A stretch of 64,000 nt of DNA, from positions 3,360,001-3,424,000 of the forward strand of contig CAWIAD010000001.1 in NCBI GenBank assembly GCA_963833985.1, in the 5' to 3' direction. Positions 21,126 through 31,958 of the stretch are shown piece by piece. The translations under genes and the position numbers were made by a program. Origin of the DNA: an uncultured Planctomycetaceae bacterium. GTDB lineage: Bacteria > Planctomycetota > Planctomycetia > Isosphaerales > Isosphaeraceae. The notes beneath the pieces were generated by a model. It saw nothing but the letters and a program-made list of their open reading frames with translations. It did not search any database and was not told where the DNA came from. Each line of letters starts with the position of its first letter. The first letter of the stretch is position 1.

Positions 21126-22785
21126 ATGGCCGATGATGCCGACGCAATTATCGTTGGAGCCGGGCTGGCGGGTCTGGTCGCGGCGGCGGAGCTAGTCGAC
21201 GCGCGAAGGAAGATCATCGTCATCGATCAGGAGCCCGAACAGTCGCTTGGCGGTCAGGCATTTTGGTCGCTGGGCGGCCTGTTCCTCGTCGACTCGCCGA
21301 ACAGCGGCGCATGGGCATCCGCGACTCGCATGCGTTGGCGCTCGAAGACTGGATGGGGACGGCCGCCTTCGATCGCGACGAGGATTTCTGGCCGCGCCAA
21401 TGGGCCGAAGCCTATGTCGCCTTTGCCGCCGGTGAGAAGCGCGCGTGGCTGCGCGAACGCGGTCTGCGTTTCTTTCCGGTTGTCGGCTGGGCCGAACGCG
21501 GCGGCGGCAGCGCGGTCGGCCACGGCAATTCGGTACCGCGCTTCCATCTGACCTGGGGCACCGGGCCCGCCGTTATCGCGCCGTTCGTCGACCGCGTCGC
21601 GTCAAGGCGCGAAGGACGGGTTGGTCACTTTCAAGTTCCGCCATCGCGCCAACGAACTGGTGAAATCGGGCAGCGGGGTCGATGGGGTACGCGGCGATAT
21701 TCTTGCTCCGAGCGACGTCGAACGGGGCCGGAAAAGCTCGCGCGAGATCGTCGGCGCGTTCGAACTGAAAGCCCAGGCCGTCATCGTCACTTCCGGCGGC
21801 ATTGGCGGCAATCACGACCTGGTGCGGCGAAACTGGCCGCAGCGCCTTGGCCCCGCGCCGAAGCGGATGATCACCGGCGTGCCCGACTATGTCGACGGCC
21901 GCATGCTGGCGATCAGCGAGGCCGCTGGCGGCACCGTCATCAACCGCGACCGGATGTGGCACTACGTCGAAGGGATCAAGAACTGGAGTCCGATCTGGAG
22001 CGACCATGCCATTCGCATCATTCCCGGACCGTCCTCGCTCTGGCTCGACGCGTGCGGCAGGCGTCTGCCGGTGCCGCTCTATCCCGGCTTCGATACGCTC
22101 GCGACGCTCAAACATATCGGCGAGACCGGCTACGACTATTCCTGGTTCATCCTGACGCGAAAGATCATCGAGAAGGAATTCGCGCTGTCGGGGTCCGAGC
22201 AGAACCCCGATTTCACCAGCAAGAGTTGGCGCCGAGTCATCGCCCGCGCTCGGGCGGGTATTCCTGGGCCGGTCAAGGCGTTCATGGACAAGGGCGAGGA
22301 TTTTATCGTCGAGCATGATCTCGGCGCGGCTGGTCGAGCGCATGAATGCGCTTGTTGGCGGCGCGCCGCTGCTCGATGCCGCGACAGTGGAGCGTGAAAT
22401 CGTTGCGCGCGATCGCCAGCTCGATAACGCGTATGGCAAGGATATGCAGATCGCCGCCATCCGCGCGGCACGGCGCTATCTCGGCGACAAACTCACCAGG
22501 ACGGTTAGTCCGCACAAGCTCCTCGATCCCGCCGCCGGGCCGCTGATCGCGGTTCGGCTGCATATCCTGACGCGGAAGACGCTCGGCGGCCTGCAAACCG
22601 ATCTCGACAGCCGGGTCATCGGTGCCGGCGGACAACCCGTGGCGGGATTGTATGCGGCGGGCGAGGTGGCGGGTTTCGGCGGTGGTGGTATGCACGGTTA
22701 CGCCGCGCTTGAGGGCACATTCCTCGGCGGCTGCATTTTCTCCGGCCGCGTCGCCGGCCGGGCCGCGGCGCGAAGCGTCGGATAG
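21126..22785 (+). CDS. FAD-binding dehydrogenase (3-ketosteroid dehydrogenase-like family), frameshifted
   Basis: [55 protein letters not shown]. Confidence 0.85.
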
Positions 22786-23039
22786 TCCCGGTCGCCGCAA
22801 GTCGTACCGACGAAGGGCGCAAGGAAGCGTCATCCGCAAAGTATAGGAACGGGGCGAGGTCCGATTCGAACGCCGATCCGGTGGCGCTGGCCCAAAGTGC
22901 GGTCACGTCGTTACGTATGATTGCAGTGCGTGCGCGGATGGGCGCGGTGCGGGCGCATTCGCCCGAGCGGCAAATCGATTTATTTGTGGGACGAAAAAGT
23001 CGTGACCTCACGGCTGGTTTCGATTACCACCTCCCGGCC

Positions 23040-23933
23040 ATGACAGATACAAAACGCATCGACGGGAAGGCGCGCGCGGATCGTTTGGTTGCCGATGTCG
23101 CTGCTGCCACCGCGAAACTCAAAGCCGAATTGGGCATCGCCCCTGGGCTCTGCGCCGTGCTTGTCGGTGAGGATCCGGCGAGCCAGGTCTACGTTCGCAA
23201 CAAGGGCAAGGCGGCGACTGCCGCCGGCATCCAAAGCTTTCAGGAGGCCTTGCCGGCCACAATCGGCGAAGCCGAGCTGCTGGCGCTGATCGCCAGGCTC
23301 AATGCCGATGACAAAGTGGACGGGATTCTGGTGCAGCTACCGCTGCCGAAGCACATCGACCCGCAACGCGTGATCGACGCCATCGATCCCGGCAAGGACG
23401 TGGACGGATTCCATGCGCAGAATGTCGGTCAATTGTGGAGCGGCGGATAAGCCGGGCGCTGGTGCCGTGCACGCCGTATGGCTGCCTGCTGCTGTTGCGT
23501 GACGCACTGCCCAATCTCACCGGGCGCCGAGGCGGTCGTGCTCGGACGCTCCAACATCGTCGGCAAGCCGATGGCGGCTTTGCTGCTGGCCGAGAATTGT
23601 ACGGTGACGCTGGCGCATTCCAGGACTCGCGATATTCCCGCCGTGCTGCGCCGTGCCGACATTCTGATCGCCGCCGTTGGGCAGCCGGAACTCGTGCGAG
23701 GATCACTGGATCAAGGAAGGCGCCGTCGTCATCGATGTCGGCATCAACCGGGTGGCGGCTCGGAAGGAAGATCCAGGCTGGTTGGCGATGTCGCCTTTGC
23801 CGAGGCGCAAGGTAGAGCCGGCGCCATTACGCCGGTCCCCGGCGGCGTCGGCCCGATGACCATCGCCTGTCTTCTCCGCAACACCCTGATCGCCGCTTGC
23901 CGGCGCCGCGGACACCCGGAACCGCACATTTAA
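23040..23933 (+). CDS. folD: Bifunctional methylene-THF dehydrogenase/cyclohydrolase FolD (frameshifted)
   Basis: [43 protein letters not shown]. Confidence 0.93.
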
Positions 23934-24037
23934 GGCGATCTGCCGGCCCGCGCTGCCCGGCCGATGCGTCGGCAAGGACTGGCTTCGCGCATCGCCAAAT
24001 CATAGACTCAAACCTCGCCATTGCGAGGTAAGCCGGA

Positions 24038-24946
24038 ATGACTGCCACGACCGCCGAAAAAATCGTGACCCTGAACGCCTGCTTTGGCAGTTATCCGCAC
24101 ACTCGTGCGTTGAAGGAGGGCGATGTCAAATCCGATCGGGTGAAACTGCAATTCACCGAGATCAATCCGGTCAACCGGGCATTCATGCCCATGGCGCGCG
24201 AGCAGAAATTCGACTTGAGCGAGATGGCCATCGTCACCTATTTGCAGGCCAAGGCCTATGGCAAGCCGCTCGTCCTGATGCCCGCCACGATGATGGGACG
24301 ATTTCAGCATGGGACCATGCTGTACAATTCCGAACGTGGAACGCTGCGGCCGGAACAGCTTGCCGGCCGCACGGTTGGCGTACGGGCGTTCTCGCAGACC
24401 ACGGGCGTATGGATACGCGGCATTCTCTGGAAGGACTACGGGCTCGATCTCGGCTCGGTGAAGTGGGTGACCTTCGAGGACGCCCACGTGGCCGAATACC
24501 ACGATCCGCCGGGTGTCGTGCGCGCCGGGCCCGGTAAAGACATCACCAAAATGTTGCTGGAAGGCGAACTTGATGCCGCGATTTTCGGCGGCGTCATGCC
24601 GAACGAACCGCAGCTCAAAAGTGTCATTCCCGATCCCGACACCGCCGCGAAGGAATGGTACAAAAAAAATGGCATCGTGCCGGTCAATCACATGGTCGTG
24701 CTCAAGGAGAGCCTGGCGAAATCGGATCCCGGCGCAGTGCGCGAGGTCTATCGCATGCTGCTCGACAGCAAGAAGGCTGCCGGGCTGCCGAAGCCCGGCG
24801 CGATCGACACGATTCCGTTCGGGTTTGACGCCGTCAAACCAGCGCTCGAACTCATGAGCAGCTACGCCTTCGAGATGAAGCTCATTCCACGGCGCTATTC
24901 GGTTGACGAACTGTTCGACGATACGACACGCGCGCTGAAAGCGTGA
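24038..24946 (+). CDS. 4,5-dihydroxyphthalate decarboxylase-like / periplasmic-binding-fold protein
   Basis: FDLSEMAIVTYLQAK, FSQTTGVWIRGIL, GELDAAI and PVNHMVV match this family. Confidence 0.7.
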   Translation: MTATTAEKIVTLNACFGSYPHTRALKEGDVKSDRVKLQFTEINPVNRAFMPMAREQKFDLSEMAIVTYLQAKAYGKPLVLMPATMMGRFQHGTMLYNSERGTLRPEQLAGRTVGVRAFSQTTGVWIRGILWKDYGLDLGSVKWVTFEDAHVAEYHDPPGVVRAGPGKDITKMLLEGELDAAIFGGVMPNEPQLKSVIPDPDTAAKEWYKKNGIVPVNHMVVLKESLAKSDPGAVREVYRMLLDSKKAAGLPKPGAIDTIPFGFDAVKPALELMSSYAFEMKLIPRRYSVDELFDDTTRALKA

Positions 24947-24964
24947 CGGGTTGGAGACTGCCCG

Positions 24965-25979
24965 ATGAAACTTCAATCGCTGGGTTATGTCGGCATCCGC
25001 ACCAAGGATATCGACGAGTGGGCTACCTACGCCACGCGCTTTCTTGGCATGCAGATGGTCGACAAGAGCCGGGGGACCCTGGCGCTGCGCATGGACGATC
25101 GCAGGCAGCGCGTCGTAGTCAGTGCGGACGGTGACGAGGGCCTCGGCTTCTACGGCTGGGAAGTCGCCGACGCCGCCGCGCTCGATGCGCTGGCGGCGCA
25201 TCTTGAACGACGCGGTGTGACGGTGGCGCGCGCCTCGCGCGCGCTGGCGGACGAGCGGCGGGTAAAGGATCTGATCGTGTTTTCCGACCCGGTCGGCAAC
25301 CGGCTCGAAGCATTCCACGGCGCTGAGGTCACGGCGGAACCATTCAAGCCGGGCCGTTCGATCTCGGGTTTTCGCACCGGTCCGCTCGGCATGGGGCACG
25401 CGGTGCTCACCGCCGAGCGGCTCGATGAGGTGCTGCCGTTCTACACCGACATTCTCGGCTTTCGCCTGAGCGACTACATCCTGCGGCCGTTCACGGCATA
25501 CTTCTTTCACCTCAATCCGCGCCACCACAGCCTCGCCTTCATCGAGATCGGGCAAGAATGGCGTGCATCATTTGATGGTCGAGCTTTGTTATCTCGACGA
25601 TGTCGGCCAGGGCTACGACCTGGCGCTGCGCAACCCGGAGACGATCGGCACGACGCTCGGCCGCCACGCCAACGACGAGATGACGTCGTTCTATTCGGTG
25701 TCGCCGTCGAAGTTCATGGTCGAATGTGGCTGGGGTGGCCGCAGCATCGATCCGGATAATTGGACGCCACAGGAGCGCACCGATGGCCCGAGCCTTTGGG
25801 GCCACGACCGCGCCTGGCTCGCGCCGGACAAACGCGAGGAAGCGCGCGACATGCGCATCCGCGTCGCCGAAGCCGGCGGACGCGTCCCGCTCAACGTTAT
25901 GGATGGCAATTATCGGCGCGCCAGCGACGTCTGTCCCTGGTGGAACGCGAGCGTCGCGGCGCGCAAGACGGGCTCGTGA
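24965..25979 (+). CDS. Extradiol ring-cleavage dioxygenase (BphC/HsaC-like), frameshifted near 25550
   Basis: LGYVGI, LRMDDR, GMGHAVL, NPRHHSLA, HHLMVE, LGRHANDEMTSFY, SLWGH. Confidence 0.88.
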
Positions 25980-25994
25980 GCCGGTCCGATGCGT

Positions 25995-26393
25995 TCAGCC
26001 GTTCAATAGCTGCGCCGCGCGGCCGTCCATTGGCCGGAGCACTCGCCGGTGGACGTGCGCCACAGCCCGCTGCCGTAGTTGCCGGCGAGCCGGCCCGCTC
26101 CGCTGGCCGAGCGGCCGGCCTGGGCCACCGCGACACGGATCAATCCGCTCGCGTTCACTATGCCGGCGACCTGAGCGTTCTGGTCGACGCCTTGCCACTT
26201 GTCCGCCGATGATGCGGACCGAGTATCTGAGCGCGCTGCCGCAATCGCCGCGCAGCGTGTTGATCACTACGCTCCAATTGCCGTCATAGGAGTTCGCCCG
26301 CGCTACGTGGGCTGCATTGGACGGGACGCTGGCGCTCGTCACCAGCAAGGCAGCAGCAGTCGCGAGAAAGATCGAGCGGAAGACATTTTTCAT
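25995..26393 (-). CDS. Small secreted hypothetical protein (probable internal frameshift)
   Basis: Signal peptide, then YDGNWSVVINT..GDC. An alternative frame ends ...GECSGQWTAARRSY-like. Confidence 0.55.
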   Translation of the reverse strand: MKNVFRSIFLATAAALLVTSASVPSNAAHVARANSYDGNWSVVINTLRGDCGSALRYSVRIIGGQVARRRPERSGRRHSERERIDPCRGGPGRPLGQRSGPARRQLRQRAVAHVHRRVLRPMDGRAAQLLNG

Positions 26394-27715
26394 CGGTTTG
26401 CTCCGGTTTTCTCAATGTGACTGGGTTGCGGTTTCGGTCCGCTCGGAAGGGGCGGCGGTTCGGTGCTGAACGCGGTCGCGCTTTGTCCTTGTTCATAACC
26501 GACCAGATACAGCGCCTTCATGTATGCCGGATCGAACGGACCTTTGGCGGGAAAGTTAAAGCTCGCGGGGATCGACGCGATGTTGAAGTCGATGCCGTTC
26601 CTTTTCGCCACGATATACAAGCGATCGATCATCAGACTGGTATCGACCGGGACCGCCATGCCGATCGATTGAGTGAGTATGGTCGGCGCGAAACGGTCGA
26701 CCACCTTGAAATCGCGTTGCATGCCGGTGTTGACAACGATGTAAAGCTTTGTCGCCGGCAACCGATATTGGCTGGTGCTCTGCATCAATGCCGCGGGCGC
26801 CACAAAGAACTGTCCGCCGAGGCCACCGTCCACATGCATTTCCTGAAAGCGTTTGCCGTAGGCTTCGACGTCGATCAGTACCGGTGGGAATCCGCCCGGC
26901 ACCGAGGCGGACGCCAGCAACACGGCGCTGAACAGTTTGGTCGCATCCGCACCGCCGTGAACGGCGATTGCACCCATGTTCCAGACGACGGAGCGTTGGG
27001 AATCCAGATCGGTGGTGACCACGAACAGCCGCCGGCCTGCGCGGTGCGCGGCGGCGACGTCCGCGATCAATTGCGGCGTAATCTGTTTGGCGATGAAATC
27101 CCGGAGCGGCCAGGAATCGACGAAGCTCTCTCCGGTGCTGCCTCCGGCCTCGAAAACATCCGCCGCCGTGACTTCGGTATAGGCCTTGTGCAAGGCCGCA
27201 TCGTAACGCTGACCTGCAAAAATGAAGGGCGCCATCAGCGCACCGGTGCTGACGCCGGTGACCACCGCGTAGTCCGGGCGTTTTCCGGCAGCCGTTAATC
27301 CATTGAGCAAGCCGGCGCCGAAAGCGCCGTCCGATCCGCCGCTCGAGAGAATGAGCCAAGGGCCCGGGTCCTGCGGCAGCGCGCCCCTATAATCCGCCTC
27401 GGAATCCGCCCAGAAGCGCGCGTCCGGCATGCCCGGAATGGCCGCGACCAGAGCTTCGGCCGCCGTATACGGCACCCGTGGCGGCAATTCAGTCGATTTG
27501 GCCTCGCCCGCGGGCGGATTTTGCGTCTTGGGCGTCGTGACCTTCTTCGCCTGGACGACCAAGCTTGGCCGCGAAACCGCTTTTCCCGGTCCCGCCAAAC
27601 CCTGCGTGTGCGCAGGTAGCGCCGCAAACCCGAAAGTCAGGAGGCACGGCGCTGCGATGAGGGCGGCGACCGCGTGCAAAGTCCGTCGCTTGGGCAGGGT
27701 CTTAGGAATGATCAT
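26390..27715 (-). CDS. Patatin-like phospholipase, exported
   Basis: LSSGGSDGAFGAG, GVSTG, HVDGG, and an N-terminal signal-like segment. Confidence 0.88.
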   Translation of the reverse strand: MIIPKTLPKRRTLHAVAALIAAPCLLTFGFAALPAHTQGLAGPGKAVSRPSLVVQAKKVTTPKTQNPPAGEAKSTELPPRVPYTAAEALVAAIPGMPDARFWADSEADYRGALPQDPGPWLILSSGGSDGAFGAGLLNGLTAAGKRPDYAVVTGVSTGALMAPFIFAGQRYDAALHKAYTEVTAADVFEAGGSTGESFVDSWPLRDFIAKQITPQLIADVAAAHRAGRRLFVVTTDLDSQRSVVWNMGAIAVHGGADATKLFSAVLLASASVPGGFPPVLIDVEAYGKRFQEMHVDGGLGGQFFVAPAALMQSTSQYRLPATKLYIVVNTGMQRDFKVVDRFAPTILTQSIGMAVPVDTSLMIDRLYIVAKRNGIDFNIASIPASFNFPAKGPFDPAYMKALYLVGYEQGQSATAFSTEPPPLPSGPKPQPSHIEKTGANR

Positions 27716-27879
27716 AGTCGATAAGTACCGTCCATCAGGGGGGGGCATTGCGCGACCCAGAGCAGATAGGGCCAGCACGCACAAAGTTCAATTCGAACCT
27801 AAAGTCCACGGTTAAATGCCGGATTTCACCGCGGTGTTTACACGTCCTGTTCCGCTCATTCTGTGACACGGATCACGTT

Positions 27880-28035
27880 ACCCAGGACGCCAAACCCAGG
27901 ACGCCAAACCCCGGACGCCAAACCCCGGGACCGCCAAACCCCGGACGCCAAACCCCGGACGCCAAACCCCGGACGCCAAACCCCGGACGCCAAACCCAGG
28001 ACGCCAAACCCAGGACGCCAAACCCAGGACGCCAA
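27880..28035 (+). repeat. Tandem 14-bp repeat ACCC(A/C)GGACGCCAA, 11 copies (one 16-bp variant)
   Basis: Read directly from the sequence. Intergenic, no spacers. Confidence 0.95.
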
Positions 28036-28190
28036 GCCACGAATTCCGCATCCTCGAACGAGGATGGCGGAATCAGGGCGGGAAGGTGCCAGTGCCTTCT
28101 CCGCTTTTCAATCGCTCTTAGCGCAATAGCGGGTCTTTTTGGCTCAACCGCGGCCGTGGTACAGTCAGCGTCCCGCCGCGGCGGTTGAGT

Positions 28191-29210
28191 TCAGGAACGC
28201 AGCAGTTCCTTGAGCGCGTTATCGATGAACTTGACGTCGTCCGGGTTGGTCCCCGGGCCGCCGGCGAAATGGCCCCAGATCGAGGGAACCGGGAGGAATT
28301 TCGCGTTTGGCATGTTGGCAACCTCGAACTCGCTATCCTCCGGCGGGAAATAGAGATCGGTTTTCCCCGGCATCACGTAGGCTTTCGCCTTGATCGCGCC
28401 GAGTGCCTTCTTGAAGTCGCCGCCATAGATCTCGTTATCGCTGATGTCGCCGTTCTGCCAGGTCCACAGCATGGTCAGGAGGTTGTTAGCATCCTTCGGC
28501 AGGAAGAAGCCTTCCCAGAAGGCGACGAGAAAATCCTCGAGCGAGGAATAGCCCAGGCGCTCGATATCGAGACGCTCGCGATAGAACGCCTGTGAGAAGC
28601 CCCAGCCGGCATAGACCCGGGCCGCTGCGCGCAGACCTTTGGCCGGCTTTTCTTTGTACCAGCCGTCGGCGAAAGCGCCATCGGCGGTCAGCGCAGCCTT
28701 GACGCCTTCGAGGAATACGAAGTTATGTCGCGAACACTTGGCTGAGCCGCAAAACGGTCCGATGCGTTCCACCATGTCCGGATAGAGCGCGCCCCAGTGG
28801 AAGGTCTGCAGCGCACCCATCGACCAGCCAGTGACGAGCGCCAGCTTTTTTACGCCGAACTTTTCGGTCACAAGCCGATGTTGCACGCGGACATTGTCGC
28901 AGGCCGTCACGAGCGGGAAGCGTGGCCCGTTATAAGGCTCGGGGTAATTGCTCGGCGACGAAGACAAACCGTTGCCCAGCATGTTCGGTATGATGATAAA
29001 ATATTTGTCGGGATCGAGCGCCATGCCCGATCCGACCAGCCATTCATTGTCGTAGTGCTGGCCGGAATACCATGTCGGATAGACGATGACGTTGTCTTTC
29101 GCCGCGTTCATCCGGCCGAATGTCTTGTAGGCGAGCGTGCAACTGCGCAGCGTCGCGCCTCGCTGCAGCCTCACGTCGCCAAGTTCGAAGATTTCGTAGT
29201 CAAGCGGCAT
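28191..29210 (-). CDS. Alpha/beta hydrolase of the homoserine O-acetyltransferase-like family
   Basis: LAYKTFG, GNGLSSSPSN, GWSMG, TDLYFPPED, SIWGHFAG. Confidence 0.85.
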   Translation of the reverse strand: MPLDYEIFELGDVRLQRGATLRSCTLAYKTFGRMNAAKDNVIVYPTWYSGQHYDNEWLVGSGMALDPDKYFIIIPNMLGNGLSSSPSNYPEPYNGPRFPLVTACDNVRVQHRLVTEKFGVKKLALVTGWSMGALQTFHWGALYPDMVERIGPFCGSAKCSRHNFVFLEGVKAALTADGAFADGWYKEKPAKGLRAAARVYAGWGFSQAFYRERLDIERLGYSSLEDFLVAFWEGFFLPKDANNLLTMLWTWQNGDISDNEIYGGDFKKALGAIKAKAYVMPGKTDLYFPPEDSEFEVANMPNAKFLPVPSIWGHFAGGPGTNPDDVKFIDNALKELLRS

Positions 29211-29295
29211 GACTCTTCTCCCGTAGGGTTCATTTCAGGCAATACGCGGCGGTCGCGTGGAGGGCGACCGCCGCTCTCGATCGATCAAGCAAAGA

Positions 29296-30633
29296 TCATC
29301 GAGCGTATTGGGTGCGCGGTGCCATCACACTTTGGAGCACGCCGTAGACTATGCCCGCAACAAGAAAGGCGGCAATAGCCGTCGAATATTCCGGCGCATA
29401 CTCGCTGACGAAGTAGGCGACAACCGAGCCACACGCCCAGGCGATGAAGGGAGCAACGCGCCATTCGGCCGTAGCTTCCGAATTCGCCCGCATCAGGTAT
29501 TGATCGACCAATATGATGGCGCCGATCGGCGGCACCAGAATGCCGAGCAAGGTCAGCCACTGAATGAAGAAGGCCCATACGTTGCCGGCAGCGACAATGA
29601 TGCCGATCACGCCAAGTGCGATCGCGAGCAGCCGCATGTGGCTACCGAAAATCCGCGACCAGCCCGTTGCCGCATTGTAAAGGCAATGCGAGCAGACCGA
29701 GCCGAGATTGCAGTAGAGGAAGATGAAGGCAATCACCGACAGCCAGACAAGCTGCTTGTCGTTCATGTAGCCGAACATGTTGTCGGCGCCGAACGGATTG
29801 GCTTTGGGTGTCGCCAGCGCCGCCGTCATGATGCCGCCGACCAGCATTGCCACCAGATTGGCAAAGGGGAACGCGCTGAACGTGGAGACGAGCGAGCCTT
29901 TGAGATCCTTGGCCCAGCGGTTGAAGTCGGCCGTCACCGTCCCGGCATCAACGAACAGCGTCAGTACGATCGTCAGTCCGACGCCCATCGACATGGCGCC
30001 TTTGCCGTCGGCGCCGGCGTAGGACATCACTGCCGCCCAGCCATGGTGGGCTACCGAATCCGCCGCGACCCAGACGCCGAGCACAACGAAGAGCGGCACC
30101 GACACCAGGCCGATATAGTGGAGTCCTCGGACCCCGACGAAGGTGATGCCGATGTAGAGCACGCCGGCGATGACCGTCATCAGCACATAGTTCAGGTGGT
30201 ATGTTGAACTGATGAGATTGCCGGTGATGCCGGTCTGCACCGCATACCAGCCAAGCAAAAGGGTAGACAGCAGGCCGGACGAAAACACATAGCCTTTGCG
30301 GCCAAAGACGATGCTGGCGATCAGTGCGAAGTTCATTCCCTTTTTCGTGCCCAGCGCGCCCAAGGAGCCGACATAGGCGAACATGATGATGTTGCCTATG
30401 ATCATGGCCACGAGTGCGCGCTGAAAGCCCATCCCGAGCACCAGCACCGACCCGGTCATCGCTCCCGTGATGATCATCGGGAAGCCGATCCAGACCATCG
30501 TCACCGAGAACAGACTCCGCCGCGCCGAAAGCGGAACCGGCTTGTGCTCATATTCTTCGCCGAGCACGTGATCGATCTGTTCTTCCGCTTCCGCAACCGC
30601 GCTAGCGGAATGTGCTCCTTTTTCCGTAGACAT
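29296..30633 (-). CDS. Cytosine/purine permease (NCS1, CodB-like)
   Basis: EYEHKPVP..ARR, GWYAVQT, TADFNRWA, about 12 TM segments. Confidence 0.88.
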   Translation of the reverse strand: MSTEKGAHSASAVAEAEEQIDHVLGEEYEHKPVPLSARRSLFSVTMVWIGFPMIITGAMTGSVLVLGMGFQRALVAMIIGNIIMFAYVGSLGALGTKKGMNFALIASIVFGRKGYVFSSGLLSTLLLGWYAVQTGITGNLISSTYHLNYVLMTVIAGVLYIGITFVGVRGLHYIGLVSVPLFVVLGVWVAADSVAHHGWAAVMSYAGADGKGAMSMGVGLTIVLTLFVDAGTVTADFNRWAKDLKGSLVSTFSAFPFANLVAMLVGGIMTAALATPKANPFGADNMFGYMNDKQLVWLSVIAFIFLYCNLGSVCSHCLYNAATGWSRIFGSHMRLLAIALGVIGIIVAAGNVWAFFIQWLTLLGILVPPIGAIILVDQYLMRANSEATAEWRVAPFIAWACGSVVAYFVSEYAPEYSTAIAAFLVAGIVYGVLQSVMAPRTQYAR

Positions 30634-30680
30634 CGCCCACCTCCAATTTGCCCGGCAAATTGTTCATTCCGACCAGCAAC

Positions 30681-30754
30681 AAAAAAGCCCTTGACGCGCC
30701 GCACGACGCTGCCAAGGGCTTCTTTGCCGGTATTTCGAGCTTCGTTGCTCGAAA
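30681..30754 (-). promoter_or_regulatory. ANTAR-type dual-hairpin antitermination element overlapping an intrinsic terminator
   Basis: Minus strand: AGC-AACGAA-GCT, 9 nt, GGC-AAAGAA-GCC (hexaloops with A1/G4). The second hairpin overlaps the terminator AAGCCCTTG...CAAGGGCTTTTTT. Confidence 0.85.
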
Positions 30755-30883
30755 TGAAGGAGCCACTACGGCTCATATTTTCACGATCGAAAAAATTGTA
30801 CGATTTTTTCGTTCTGTCCGGGTGCTAAAAAATGATGAGAACTGCAAAAATATGTAGCAAGTCGCTGGCGCAGAATAATGCGA

Positions 30884-31820
30884 TTACGCGTGGCGCTCGG
30901 CGACGAATTTGGCGCCCTCGACGAGAATGGCCGAAATCTGCACCGAAAGGTGCCAGCGCCTGCTCGGCCTCGGTGACGAGTTCCGCAAGCCTCGCCTTTG
31001 CGCCACTCAGCCCAAGCACATCGACCATGGTAGCCTTGCCTGCCACGGCATCCTTGCCGGTCGATTTGCCGACCAACGCGGGATCGCCCTCGAGATCGAG
31101 AAGATCGTCGGCGATCTGAAAAGCCTTGCCGACGGCCGATCCATAACGGGCAAGCGCTTGGCGCTGTGCGGCATTCGCCGAGCCGAGCATGCCGCCGGCC
31201 TCGCAGGCAAAGCGTAACAGCGCGCCGGTCTTCATTGCCTGGAGCGCAAGCACCTCTTTCTCGCCGAGCCGCTGCGGGCCGTTGCCGCCAAAGCGCCCCT
31301 CGGCGGCCAGATCGAGCATTTGGCCGCCGACCATGCCGCCAAGGCCGGAAGCGCGGGCCAGCGCATTGACGAGTTCGATACGGACAGCCGGATCGGGGTG
31401 CGTCTGCGGTCGCGAGAGGATATCGAAAGCGAATGTCAAAAGACCGTCGCCCGCCAGGATCGCCGTCGCTTCATCGAATGCCTTGTGGGCGGTCGGCTGG
31501 CCTCGCCGGAGATCGTCATTGTCCATGGCCGGCAGGTCGTCGTGCACCAGGGAATAGCAATGCACGCATTCGAGCGCCGCGCCCGCCATCAGGGCCTGCG
31601 GCCGAGGAACTTTGAATAAGGCCGCGGACTCCACTACCAGGAATGGACGAAACCGCTTGCCGCCACCGAGGCTCGAATAGCGCATGGCCTCGATGACCCG
31701 GTCCGGGCGGCTTAGCTCGCCGTCCGCCGGGGTCGGCGCCAAAAGACGATCGAGCAAGTCGTCGATATCCTTGGCGGTTGCATCCAGTCGCGCAAGAAAA
31801 GGGCTGATTTTGGCATTCAT
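30884..31820 (-). CDS. ispA: Farnesyl diphosphate synthase (frameshift near the 3' end)
   Basis: GGKRFRP, SLVHDDLPAMDNDDLRRG, GQMLDL, KTGAL, FQIADDLLD. Confidence 0.93.
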
Positions 31821-31958
31821 TGCTGTATTGCCCGGCCTACCACGGTCCCCAATTGTCCTATCTGGTTTTATAATAGCGCAAAGGCGCCTGCGGCGAGCCG
31901 CGGTTCCGCCCCGGCGTCCGTGAATGGCCGCCCCCAAATCGAGCCGCAAGGGCTATCT

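Noticed and set aside
27880..28035. CRISPR array or telomere-like repeat (contains CCAAACCCC)
   Set aside because: The units are contiguous 14-mers with no spacers, are not C4A4, and there are no cas genes in the window.
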